Positions 52,186 through 64,000 of a stretch of 64,000 nucleotides of DNA are shown one piece after another. This stretch comes from Octopus vulgaris (lineage: Eukaryota). How positions within the stretch are numbered: the stretch's first letter is position 1; each line of letters begins with the position of its first letter. The position numbers were made by a program, and so were the translations under genes. The notes beneath the pieces are model-generated. The model worked only from the letters and a program-made list of their open reading frames with translations. It was not told the origin of the DNA and searched no databases. The stretch spans positions 207,390,001 to 207,454,000 of the forward strand of contig OX597815.1 of assembly GCA_951406725.2 (NCBI GenBank), read 5' to 3'.

Positions 52186-53484
52186 TATTCTTCGAATGTG
52201 AGCGAAGGGGCAAATAAACTATGCGAAATTACTGTGAGTTTTCAGTAGCGTATTATACATACTCACATACAAATATGATTCGAATATATTAAATTCTGAT
52301 TTTATAGATAATCATAAAGAGAAGAATAATCTGTGTATATATATGTTTTATTTCTGACGAATATAAATATCGAATGTGTTTATGTGTGGGTGGGAGAGAA
52401 AAATAGATAGAGAGAGAGAGAGAGAGAGACATAGCGATAGAGAGAATTGGTAAAGTAAAAGTAGAGACTATTTCTTTTATTCTCTTCTTGCTTATCTCAC
52501 ACCAATATTATATTTGTTGATGTGAAGGCGGTTGTGACTCCAGTTTTCTCTCAGTTACTTTCTGTTGCATTCTTCTTACACACACACACACATATATATA
52601 TATATGTATATATATATATGGAGTGGGGTGTATACACACACACGTATTTTACGTAGTAATGTCAGTGGATGTTCGTATATTATGAATGCATAGGAGCTAG
52701 TGTTTGGTTCGCGTGATTTAATTATAGCTAACACCCTTTTGTGGGATTTCTATGATTCATTGGATTCCCTATGACATTTCCCTGTTTTCTTGTTAAAGAA
52801 AAAACCTGAACTATCACGGTCTTACTGTTTCCAATAATTGCAATGACATTTTCTTGTCTTATGCGGAAGAAAACCTTGGTTTCCATTGCTCTTAGTAACT
52901 CCATTGACTCACTTTTTTATTAGATTGAAAGAGTTGTCATGTTTACGAACGCTTTGGTATTTTGCCAAGCAAATCATGCAAAAACACAAGATCGTCGAAA
53001 ACTTTACTCAAAGCAAAAGTTTAAGCGAAATAAAGCAACTATGACAGCTGTTGTTTTGTACATAGGGTATACCATTTAATAGTAACATCCGTGCTTCTAA
53101 TTAGTGTATTGTTATAAGCACTGGTTTTTGCTATATTATTGGTGTCGCCATTACCAATAACTGTAAAAAAGGCGAATAACTATTGCACCACCAGACACCA
53201 GTAACAGTTTAGTAATAAAAACCCTTTTTTGGACAATTCGACGAATAGGTAACATAATATAGAAAAGGTGATAAATAAAATAGATGAGCCGTGAATGGTA
53301 GGCAGATATCGACGAAAAATAGAAAAGTTTCATTAAATGTAAAAAAAAAAAAATGAGACCCAAAATATGTGTCTAGGTTTGAAAATGAACTTGGAATACG
53401 AATTAATCAGAAGAAAATTTCACTTCCTGCTGAATAGTATAAGACACATAATCTATACACAGCAAATAATATGTGAACTAAAAA

Positions 53485-53716
53485 GGGCGGTGAGCTGGCA
53501 GAAACGTTAGCACACCGGGCGAAATGCTTAGCAGTATTTCGTCTGCCGTTACGTTCTGAGTTCAAATTCCGCCGAGGTCAACTTTGCCTGTCATCCTTTC
53601 GGGGTCGATTAAATAAGCACCAGTTATGCACTGGAGTCGATGTAATCGACTTAATCCCTTTGTTTGTCATTGTTTGTCCCCTCTATGTTTAGCCCCCTGT
53701 GGGCAATAAAGAAATA
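53485..53716 (+). mobile_element. SINE B, near full length
   Basis: GGCGGTGAGCTGGCAGAAACGTTAGC...GAGTTCAAATTCC...TCATCCTTTCGGGGTCGA...GGGCAATAAAGAAA; TGAACTAAA on both flanks. Confidence 0.88.
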
Positions 53717-54240
53717 TATATGAACTAAAGTATGCATAAAAAAAAAACAAACGGTTTCTAGATAATGTTAATTTTGCTCAACGAACTAGCACATATTTTC
53801 TAATGGGGTGAACCGGGTTAAACAGTAGTAATTACTTTGTTAGTTACAACTGACTCCTTTGAATATAAATACAGGGTGGTATTGTGTCTCTGCTAATCAG
53901 GTGGAACTTATGTGGCCTCTTCAGTTTCATGAAGCATTCTAAAAACACACACACACACACATGCGTACCGTTCGTAAGAATCTTAAGAATTATGTATTGA
54001 TCATACATATTAGATCTTTTATATCTTTTTACATATAATAGTAAAATACGCCAATAAGAGATGGCCCCTTTAAGTAGTTCAATAGCGTGGGATTAGACTT
54101 ACTGGCTCACAATAAAGGAAGTCAACATTTTATCATTTTATATCGCCTCATGAAAATAAAAGCTCTTTTGTCATTTTGCGTTAAATTTCATGAAACTCGA
54201 GCTGCAAAGCTATAGGTATAGATATAACGATCATACATAA

Positions 54241-54585
54241 TAGGCGCAGGCGTGGCTATGTGGTGAGAACCTTGCTTCTAAACCACATGGTTTTGGATTG
54301 AGTTCCACTGCGTTCGACGAGTGCCTTCCAGAGCCTCGAGCCGATTTGGTAGACGGAAACTGAAAGAAGCCTGTCATATATATATATATATGTATTTAAA
54401 TAATGAGGGAGATAAATTGAATATTAATTTAATTAATATCAATTTTAAACTTAGCATATATAAAAAATCTGAAAAATCAGAAAACATTTCAATACATGTC
54501 TATATTTAGGGATAAACCACTAGGTGGATAACCGTGTGTGATTTTCTTCTAGCGTATGGTTATCCACCTAGTGGTTTTTCCCTAA

Positions 54586-54651
<66 letters not shown>

Positions 54652-54862
54652 TTATAACAGTGAGTCTCTGTGTTTTACTCCCGTCATCGCTTGACCAACG
54701 ATGCTGGTGTACCCGTAAACGAGCGGTTCGCCAAAAGAGACCGATAGGATAAGTACTAGGCTTACAAAGAATAAATTCTTGAGGTCGAATTCTTCGATTA
54801 AAACCCTTTAAAGTGATATTCCAGCATAACCGCAGTCAAATGAGTGGAACAAGTAACAGAAT
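54241..54862 (+). mobile_element. Old SINE A split by an insertion (about 54392-54590) in its internal (TA)n
   Basis: Head 54241-54385, tail 54660-54862. Confidence 0.8.
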
Positions 54863-55107
54863 AAAGTTAATCAAAGTTAAGTATTTGGATTTGTGGCCAG
54901 GAAACTTCTATTTATTCGAAAAAAAGAAATGCTTAGCGAAAGTATATTTTTATGCAGTAAATCGAAAGATTGCTTTTCGAATAATTTTACAGGTGATGAG
55001 AGAATACTATCTAAATATGCCATTAGAATGTCTCTGAAATTGTTACGAAGTTTACCAGAAATTGTACACGAAGAAACATCAGAATGAAAAATAATTGTCG
55101 GCAATTA

Positions 55108-55266
55108 TTAGGCGTAGGCGTGGCTGTGTGGTAAGTAGCTTGCTTACAAACCACATGGTCCCGGGTTCAGTCCCACTGCGTGGCACCTTTGGCAAGTGTC
55201 TTCTACTAAAGCCTTGTGAGTGGATTTAGTAGACGGAAACTGAAAGAAGCCCGTCGTATATATATG

Positions 55267-55305
<39 letters not shown>

Positions 55306-55508
55306 ATTTGTGTGTTTGCGTTTGTCCCCCCAACATCGCTTGACAACCGATGCTGGTGGGTTTACGTCCCCGTAACCTAGCGGTCCGACATAAGTGACCG
55401 ATAGAATAAGTACTAGGCTTACAAAGAATTTTCTCGACTAAAAGGCGGTGCTCCAGCATGGCCACAGTCAAATGACTGAAACAAGTAAAAGAGCAAAAGA
55501 GTAAAAGA
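55108..55508 (+). mobile_element. SINE A with small deletions
   Basis: Family consensus. Confidence 0.88.
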
Positions 55509-55914
55509 GACAAAATAATTTCGATTTTATTTAAACTGTTAACTTTCTGATTCCTCATAATTATCTCTTCTCCTTGACGACTATCATTGATATCTGAGGA
55601 TATCAAAGGAAAAATTCCTGGAATATTGTATGCAGTGGTTTAATGGTTTAAAGGCATTGTTCAGCACTCAAGGTTTCAATCATTCTCTGCAAAGAATATT
55701 ACTGTTGTTGTTTTAGTCAGTTAAAATACAATGTCGAGTATTGAAGTATGGTTGTATTATCGAAACTTTTTGAACAATGTGGTGAACTGTATGCAGAATA
55801 GAATTGTGTGAGTGTGTGCGAGAGAGAGAGAGAGCGAGAGAGAGAGAGGGGGGGAGTGTGAGTAAATATATTGCTTACATCTAAAGATGAGGAAAAGAAT
55901 GAAAGAATAGGTGT

Positions 55915-55985
55915 GTGTATAATATAGATTCATAACAAATTTCATATATTATCTTAGGTTATTGAACGCGCATCCATATTTATAA

Positions 55986-56024
<39 letters not shown>

Positions 56025-56044
56025 TGGATGCGCGTTCAATAACC

Positions 56045-56086
<42 letters not shown>

Positions 56087-56148
56087 TGGATGCGCGTTCA
56101 ATAACCTAAGATAATATATGAAATTTGTTATGAATCTATATTATACAC
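55915..56148. repeat. Fold-back palindrome (arms of about 67 bp) centred on (TA)n
   Basis: GTGTATAATATAGATTCAT...GCGCATCCATATTTA versus TAAATATGGATGCGC...ATCTATATTATACAC; extra partial arm at about 56019-56047. Confidence 0.9.
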
Positions 56149-56624
56149 GTAGGATCACGTGGATGAGAAAGGCGCGATCCAAAGAGGAGTGGACAGCGTG
56201 CTGTGACCAGCGGTGTCAAATGGACGCCTGACGGACTGGTCGGTCAAAGTGAAGTGATCAAAGTGATTACTAGTTGTATGTTAAGTATTTTAAAGATCTT
56301 ATGATGATCGTAAGATATTCATTGCCAATAATTCTTACTTATACTCCATTCTTATATTTATTTCTTCCATTTTTTTTTCTTTTAACACTTCAATTATCTT
56401 TCTAACACACAATTAACAAAGCACAAACAAATACTCACTAAGTAGTCTTCACTAACCAAACTGAGAAAAGCCTGTTCGTATAGCAAATGACCAGCATGAG
56501 AACACACTGGAAATGAAACCACGTCAACGGAATGCGTGCACACTGCCTATGTTCAAAATGACTATGTCATTTCAACTATTTACACTCACCTTTATTACCT
56601 CTTCAGCAGTTTATTATCAATTAA

Positions 56625-56664
<40 letters not shown>

Positions 56665-56673
56665 GTTTTTTTT

Positions 56674-56910
56674 TCTTCTTCTTTCAAATTTGTTTCCATT
56701 TCTTGCCGAGTGTCTTCCCGACTCCTAGGGCAAAGAAACTCATAGTATACATTGGTAGGCCATTAAACTAAACTCACTAGTTCGTTCATTTTTATTTTTT
56801 ATTTTTTTTTATTATCATTATTATTCTGTGTTTGACTTTTGCTTTACATTTGCACAAGCTGGCTCCAAGTCTCACCCAGAGACCTCAACAGACAACAAGT
56901 TGGAAGTTCA
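56674..56910 (-). mobile_element. Two short retroelement 3'-end fragments embedded in (TTA)n
   Basis: 56674-56790 is homologous to 16191-16308; 56826-56910 is a different short insert bounded by (TTA)n. Confidence 0.6.
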
Positions 56911-56994
<84 letters not shown>

Positions 56995-57057
56995 CATTAT
57001 TATTATTATTATTATCATTATAGTTTTTATTGTTATTATTGTTATTATTATTGTTGA

Positions 57058-57108
<51 letters not shown>

Positions 57109-57109
57109 C

Positions 57110-57153
<44 letters not shown>

Positions 57154-57308
57154 CATTATTATTATTATTATTATCATTATAGTTTTTATTGTTATTATTG
57201 TTATCATTATTGTTGATATTATTATTATTATTATTATTATCATTATTATTATTATTATTATCGTTATTATTATTATTATCATTATTATTATTATCATTAT
57301 TATTATTA

Positions 57309-57339
<31 letters not shown>

Positions 57340-57404
57340 CGTTATTATTATTATTATTGTCATTATTATTATTATTATTATTATCGTTATTATTATTATT
57401 ATTA

Positions 57405-57483
<79 letters not shown>

Positions 57484-57484
57484 C
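56910..57484. repeat. Long (TAT)n microsatellite with a higher-order duplication of about 160 bp
   Basis: Variant block TAGTTTTTATTGTTATTATTG...TGTTGATAT at about 57021 and 57180. Confidence 0.95.
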
Positions 57485-58023
57485 AATTAAATGTTGGAAA
57501 AAAGTGTTTCAGATGTTTAATTATGGCCCTTTATATCCAGAATTCACAATTCACATTTCGTCAAAGTTTGCTTTGTTTTTCTATCCTTCTTAGATCGATA
57601 AAAGTGAGTACCTTTGAAGTACTTGTGTCGATGTCTTTGACTATATCAACGCCTAGAAAATCGTCGTCTTCGTCGTCGTCATCTGCATCTTAAGTTTTAT
57701 CATCTTGTTATATTATAAAATTTACATTAAATGCTTTAAAGTATCGTTAAATTAAGCGACGTCATTTTACTTTATTTTTGTTTCTTTTATTGAAAAATTT
57801 TTTTACGTATCTTTCTGGATCCCAGAACTCTGCAAAAAACTAAACGCACATTTTAATTTTAAAAAATTTGAATTTATAATCTCCGTATGTCACCAACCGC
57901 TTGACATCCTAAATATTTTCTCAATTTCATTAATTTGAAATGCTCTTTCACTTTTCCTCTCTCTCTTTCTCTGTATATAAATACACGCACAAACAAATAT
58001 ATGTATGTATATATATACATACA

Positions 58024-58089
<66 letters not shown>

Positions 58090-58463
58090 CAATCTAACTG
58101 ACAATAACCATCTCTCTGAAAACCTAACTTACTAACTAGCAAACTAATTTTCACTATTAAATTGCCTCTTTCTTATTTCAGCTAATTAGTCTCTTCATTA
58201 TTGTTCTTTTGTTACATAGATGTATTGATATCTAAATTATGCAGGGAAATACCTAAAGTATCTTATTGTTAAAATCATTCTCGTAGTTTTTCTAATCATT
58301 CAGACATGGCATGGACAACTTTTTTCGAGAAGTTGGCCTCATGGGGCATCGTTCATCAACAGGCGGGCTGTACAACTGAAAAAAGTTCTCAGGAATTTTT
58401 CATTGGTTGTACAGTTCAGAAAGTCACGCAAGCTACAGCTTAACCATGACTGATTTAGACATA

Positions 58464-59722
58464 CGGAGAGGGGCTGAAAAGTTCACAGGGACTATAAAGG
58501 GGTGACGCTAGAGCTGTGAAATCTTCCCTGCATTAATTTCAACTCATCTTATTAAGAACTGGCTTGTTTCTTTCCAGGTAAACTTATTTCTTTGGAAGAC
58601 GTCAAAAGAAACAAGTATCAACTTCTGTTAAAAATGGACAAAATTTGCCATCGTAGTGTTATCACGTACCTGCAGAAAAAAGGTTTGGCCGCCAACGACA
58701 TTCATACTGACATATTTGCTACATTAGGGAATGTCGTTCCATCTTTATAAGCGCAAAAGTGAGCAGCTAAATTTAGGATGAGGAGGGAGAGTCTTCATCA
58801 CTCAAGATCTAGACGTCCTGCAGCTGCCGCCACCGGGGAAAACATTAATCGTGTTCATCACATATTGACGGATGAAAGGCGATTGACTATATATCAAATA
58901 GTCATGGCTGTTAGTATAACCCGTATGAGAGTTGAGAATATTCTGTTTAATAAACTTGGCATGATGAAGGTTTCTACTCGGTGGGTGTCACGGCTTCTGA
59001 CACCTGATCAAAAGTGCATCAGGCCGATCATATCATGGGAAAATCTGACGTTGTTTGAGGCAGATCCAGAAGGTTTCCTTGAGTGTTTCCTAACCCAGGG
59101 TGAGTGTTTGGTTGATCACTTTGAGCCAGAGTCAAAACGACAATCCTTGCAGTGGAAACATCCCTCCTCACCTCCTCCAAAGAAGATCAATGTCGCATCT
59201 TCAGCAAGGAAAGCGATATCCTCTATTTTACGGATGTAAAAGGGGTTGTGCTTATTGACTATCTTCAAAAGGGCCACACCCTCAATGGAAAGTACTATGC
59301 CAACTTGGTAAGGCAGTTACAAAAGGTTATAAAAACTAAGCGCCAAAGGAAACTGATGAAAGAGATGTTGTTTTATCAGGACAGTGCTCCTGCACACATC
59401 TTTGTGTTCGATGGCTACTATGCGCAACTGTAGCTTTGAACTGGTTGACCACCGACCCTATTCTAATTTGGTCCCTGTGACTATCATCTGTTCTCCAACA
59501 TGAAAACACAATTGGCTAGTAACCTGTGTTGCAGTGATGGTGATGATATATGTTGTTGTTACTAGTTGCCTTTGAAGTCTTTGAACAGTCAGATGTCAGT
59601 TTACCTGGGGACAAAAACAATGTAGTTATTAATAAGGAAAATTGAAATGAATAAATGCAGGATTTCACAGATCTAGTATCACTTCTTCATAGTAAGCCTA
59701 TGAACCTTTCAGCCCACCCTCG
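58464..59722 (+). mobile_element. Decayed full-length mariner transposon (about 1.26 kb, irritans-like TIRs)
   Basis: TA|CGGAGAGGGGCTGAAAAGTTCA ... TGAACCTTTCAGCCCACCCTCG|TA degenerate TIRs with TA target duplication. Confidence 0.9.
58634..59620 (+). pseudogene. Mariner transposase pseudogene
   Basis: MDKICHRSVITYLQKKG..., RWVSRLL (WVPxxL), TQGECLVDHFEPESKRQSLQW, IDYLQKGHTLNGKYY, YQDSAPAH, then PYS..CDYHLF; stops, frameshifts and loss of the first catalytic Asp. Confidence 0.9.
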
Positions 59723-62700
59723 TATGAAACGTAAGACTGCCTGCCTTCATGATTACCCCATTCAATGAAATTACTACTATTCAGTATGACAAGAAAATGT
59801 CGTTTGAATTTTCGTGCAAAATTCGGGTTAATTTGTTTGTTTCTTCCTTCAGTTTATGTATTGATTTTCCTGTGTACCATGAAGGCTTCACACGTGAACA
59901 TACGTATGTAATTAACGAAAGTTCATTTATGTATCTAAATCTACCTCTGTAATGTCATCTCATTTTCAGTATTATCTTCATTACTTCCTATAATGTAAGG
60001 CAATATCTTCTGTTTCTTTCCCCTTGCAGAGTTCAACGACTGTATTCCTAGATTTGTATTAAAGGATTTTATTGATTTTGTATTAAAACTACAGCGTAAA
60101 TGGCATCACGTTCCATAATTTGATATCTTTGTTTTCTCTAAATCTTTTCTTGTCATTAGCTAAACCCCAAGACGGTTACAAGCATTGGTTAAATCATAAA
60201 GCATTTCTCGCAAGAAGATTAATATTAGCTACAGCTTAATGTACATTTGAGAAGTAGATAAAGTTCATTCAAGACGACGGAATCAAATAGTTAATAAGGA
60301 TAATGCAATTTTAGCTCACACTAACATACATTGACCAATGAAGATGATCCATATTTGTATAAAGAAAAGACTTAGAGACAGAAGCAAAATACAATAATTT
60401 TGGAGAGTTTTACAGAGACGAAAATGTAAAATGGAAATAACAATAGCTTTATTTTTAACCATTGGTAAACTTCACTAATTAAAGATAATTAGGTGGAAGT
60501 AAAACGTTTGTTTATATTTCGGTAGAAGGTCGTGTATTTATCGCAAATTCTGATATTCTACGAATATCTCCCTCATCCATGCAATGAGCATGGTGAGTTT
60601 GTTAAGAGGGAAGTCAGGAATTTCTGATTCTGTTGTGTATAGTGTGAGGCAAGGTTTCTCTTCTATTTATTGATATTGTTTATAATAAATTTGTTCCTTG
60701 CTAAACTATTTCTAGTTTCTTATATTCATACATTATTGAACCGTGAAACCCAGTAATGCTTTCTAGTTATGCATAATTCAGCCTTCTGCACAGCTTCCAT
60801 CAATCAAATTCCACTTACAGGATATGAGAAAGAAATGTGAAGCACATTAAAGGTTTCGAGGAGTATCTAACTTACAATATATTGACTATGTGCTGAATAG
60901 GAGAGAAGCTACATTGACCCATGTTTTACTTCTTATCTTAAATACAACTTCTGTATTCATACTTGATAAACATCTACCGTTTTGTCAAGACCTTTTTATT
61001 TTAAAACCTAAGTTGCTTTTATGTGTATGTGTGTAAAGGACGATAGAAGGAAATAGTGTGGAATAAACGACTCAACAACTTTACACGTATTTCGATGACA
61101 GATATATGATGGTTACGTAAGATTAATCGTACGTATTTCTTTTGCACAAATCGATACAACTTATTTAGTGACCAGTATTTATTGTAGTCCAGAAGTCTGA
61201 TAGAGAGATTTAATAAAATGGTGACATTGGTCTAAAACGCATACTTGATTACATAAATATATAATTTTTACATTATTTTCAACTGTCTTGCACTATCTAT
61301 CAATACACTATGACTATTATAACCAACAACCTTATATTGTGCAACTATTTGTGTAAAAGCACGAGTTTTCTTTCCAGACTTACTTTGGAATATAACGGAA
61401 TATCGTATATGCAGTTCTTACTCAATGGTTATGTTGAACACTTTAATAGGCATTATATAAACGTTATACATACATACATACATACATACATACATACACA
61501 CACACATACATACGTACATACATACATGCATGCATGCACACACGACATACATACATACATACATACATACATACATACATTATGGCACACCACCTCGTTA
61601 TCAGTATGGTACATACATACATACACACATACATATACACACACACATACATACATACATACACATACATACATACATACATTTGATTTTGACGATGACA
61701 GAAAGAGAAGTTCTGCTAGTTACCATTTTAGGGGTATAATATTTTAAAAGCTATTAGTCAGGAAATGTAGCAGCAAGAGCAGGAGAGAAAGACACTGCCG
61801 ACATGTGTATGTACGATCGTGTGTGGGAGTGTTTGTGTACAGGCTGCGTGTATACACGCGTTTGGAATTGTGAAGATGAACATATTTAAACCGAAATAAC
61901 ACTATATGTCTACAAATCGGTGCCGGTCTTCTGGAGACAAATTAACTTAGTGTTACGTGTACAGAAATTTAACCCCTGTACATATAAGTTCGGTGTTTTA
62001 GTTCATGTTAAGTTATTCAGTAAATACTGTCATGTCATAAATTTGTTAAACAATCCAACCACTACCGGTTATGGTATCAGATTGTTATCATTATTCTTCT
62101 TAGCAATTTACACTTAGATATTCCAGTCAAAAATTGGATATTGAGAGTAGTTGCTTTTTTTCAATTATAATATAAAATGGTGGGTGAATATACCATAAAA
62201 TTCGCGTTGTTTTTCTTATTTCTAATGAGGGACACTAAACTAAAGAGTAAGGAACACGCGTTAACTATAACATTTAGGTACAGAATGAAACGTTTGAAGA
62301 ACGAGGCTCTCATCAATCATATTATTAAAACCGTCGAAATATTAAAGAAGGGGGGAAAAAACAAGAAATAAAGATAGAGATAGGGAGAGAAGGAAAATTA
62401 TCTATATGCGAGTGTACATGTGTTTGTGTGTGTGTGAGTCATAAAAAAAGAGGGTGCAAACTTACAAAACAATCACCCAGTGCTTAATCGCACCCGGCAT
62501 CCTAAGGTCAGAAAAGAAAACATCCAGCATTTTATAATAAATACATTTTTAGAAAATAAACAAAAAAATGTCAAGTAAAATAAAATAACCAAAGAAATAC
62601 AGTAAGCTTTAACTATTTGGTAATCATATGTATGTATATCAAAAATTAAAATAATGTTTCGCATCCATGATATGTTTTATTGCCAATAATAATAATAATA

Positions 62701-62732
62701 ATAATTAATATTATTATTATTATTATTATTAC

Positions 62733-62766
<34 letters not shown>

Positions 62767-62785
62767 GTTATTATTATTAATATTG

Positions 62786-62819
<34 letters not shown>

Positions 62820-62820
<1 letters not shown>

Positions 62821-63306
62821 TAGTTTTATTTTTATAGCGTGCTTTCACTTCACTACCGAGCGCAGCTCTGTGTGCCTTGGGTATGTGCTGTGGTTTGGTT
62901 TGATGTTCTTATGGTTACTGTATTGAAAGAGTTTTGCATAGGATGTGCGCAGTGCCAAGTAGTGCAATTTTCTGTATGTTATATATATTTGTAAGTCCTG
63001 GTGTTTTTGTTATGTATTTGTCTGAATGTTTTTTTTATCATACGTAATGCGCCTCCTATGATAGGAATTGTTTCTGTTTTCAGATTCCACATTCGAGTTA
63101 ACTCTATTTCCAGGTCTTTGTATTTTGAAAGTTTCTCCATTTCTTTTAGAGAAACGTTATCATCTGCTGGTATTGATACATCAATTAGAAAGCATTTTTT
63201 TCTTCATGATCTCTGACAACTATATTAGGCATATTGGCCTTAATTTCTCTATCTCTGCGTTTTGGCATATCCCAGAATATGGTGGCTTTCTCGTTTTCTG
63301 TGACCC

Positions 63307-63310
<4 letters not shown>
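62820..63310 (-). pseudogene. R4/Dong-like LINE 3' end (RLE domain + 3' UTR) inserted in (TAA)n
   Basis: Minus strand NRPNIVVRD...DVSIPADDNVSLKEMEKLSKYKDLEIELTRMWNLKTETIPIIGGAL...IQKIALLGTAHIL; (TTA)n on both flanks. Confidence 0.88.
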
Positions 63311-63346
<36 letters not shown>

Positions 63347-63447
63347 GTGTGAGAGAGCAGTTCATATTATTATTATTATTATCATTATCATTATTATTAT
63401 TGTCATATACTCATTAATTTCCACACACGTATATATGTGTTTGTTTA

Positions 63448-63509
<62 letters not shown>

Positions 63510-63980
63510 AGAGAGAGATTATTGTGTAGAAATAGAAATAGAAATAGAAATACATATAAAGGAACATACAGTCATAATATGTATAAATAAATATATTTAT
63601 ATATTAATAAATCTGCTCATCTATGTATAAATACATTTATGTGTGTGAGTGTTTGAGTATGTAATTAGTGAACTCCCAAATGAAACCAGAGAGTGAATTA
63701 AAGCTGCTTCTGATCGTATTTCAGAATAAATGTATATGTTGATGGTAGCGAACTTTAAATGCATTAGCAATAAAACTTATGTATTACTCACTGAGATTTG
63801 TTGATTGTACACTGTATCGTTTGATACTCTGTATCCTTTGCAAAACAATTAGAAGTCAAATGACAATTAATTGGAATAGAATAATTACGGTTAATGAGTG
63901 TATTTTAGTGTAGCAGCCTATGAAATTGTGATAGTGGAGTTGTTAATAATTCTATAATGCTCACGTTGTGGTTGAAAATA

Positions 63981-64000
63981 TTTTCCTTTTATTTTCAGAA
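63981..64000 (+). other. Probable 3' splice acceptor of the next (PLAC-domain) exon; exon would start at 63999
   Basis: ttttccttttattttcAG|AA is a strong acceptor. Phase-1 G + AA = GAA (Glu) fits an E-C-x-D PLAC start. No PLAC-like exon was seen between 43179 and 63998. Confidence 0.5.

Noticed and set aside
56828-57593. Long poly-Ile/Leu/Tyr ORFs
   Set aside because: Translations of the (TAT)n microsatellite.

Overview
AT-rich, microsatellite- and SINE-dense animal DNA; the SINE families and repeat style look cephalopod (Octopus-like), which is an inference. The window lies inside one + strand ADAMTS-like gene (ADAMTSL1/3, punctin/madd-4 type). Five in-phase exons (1406-1539, 34663-34864, 39591-40412, 41788-41970, 43031-43178) encode TSP1 repeats around one Ig domain. 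A probable acceptor for the final PLAC exon sits at the window end (63999). The introns (33 kb and about 21 kb) hold three tRNA-derived SINE groups, two back-to-back non-autonomous Helitrons, a decayed Penelope-like element with inverted pLTRs, R4/Dong-like RLE-LINE fragments in (TAA)n and a decayed mariner. The most striking non-coding item is an apparently perfect 217-bp inverted repeat (37930-38146 / 38622-38838) in which each arm carries a core-intact type I hammerhead ribozyme, about 0.8 kb upstream of an exon. A second GC-rich structured element at 44141-44254 has hammerhead core motifs in a non-canonical order. Nearly all supplied ORFs except those overlapping the exons and TE remnants are microsatellite or SINE artefacts.
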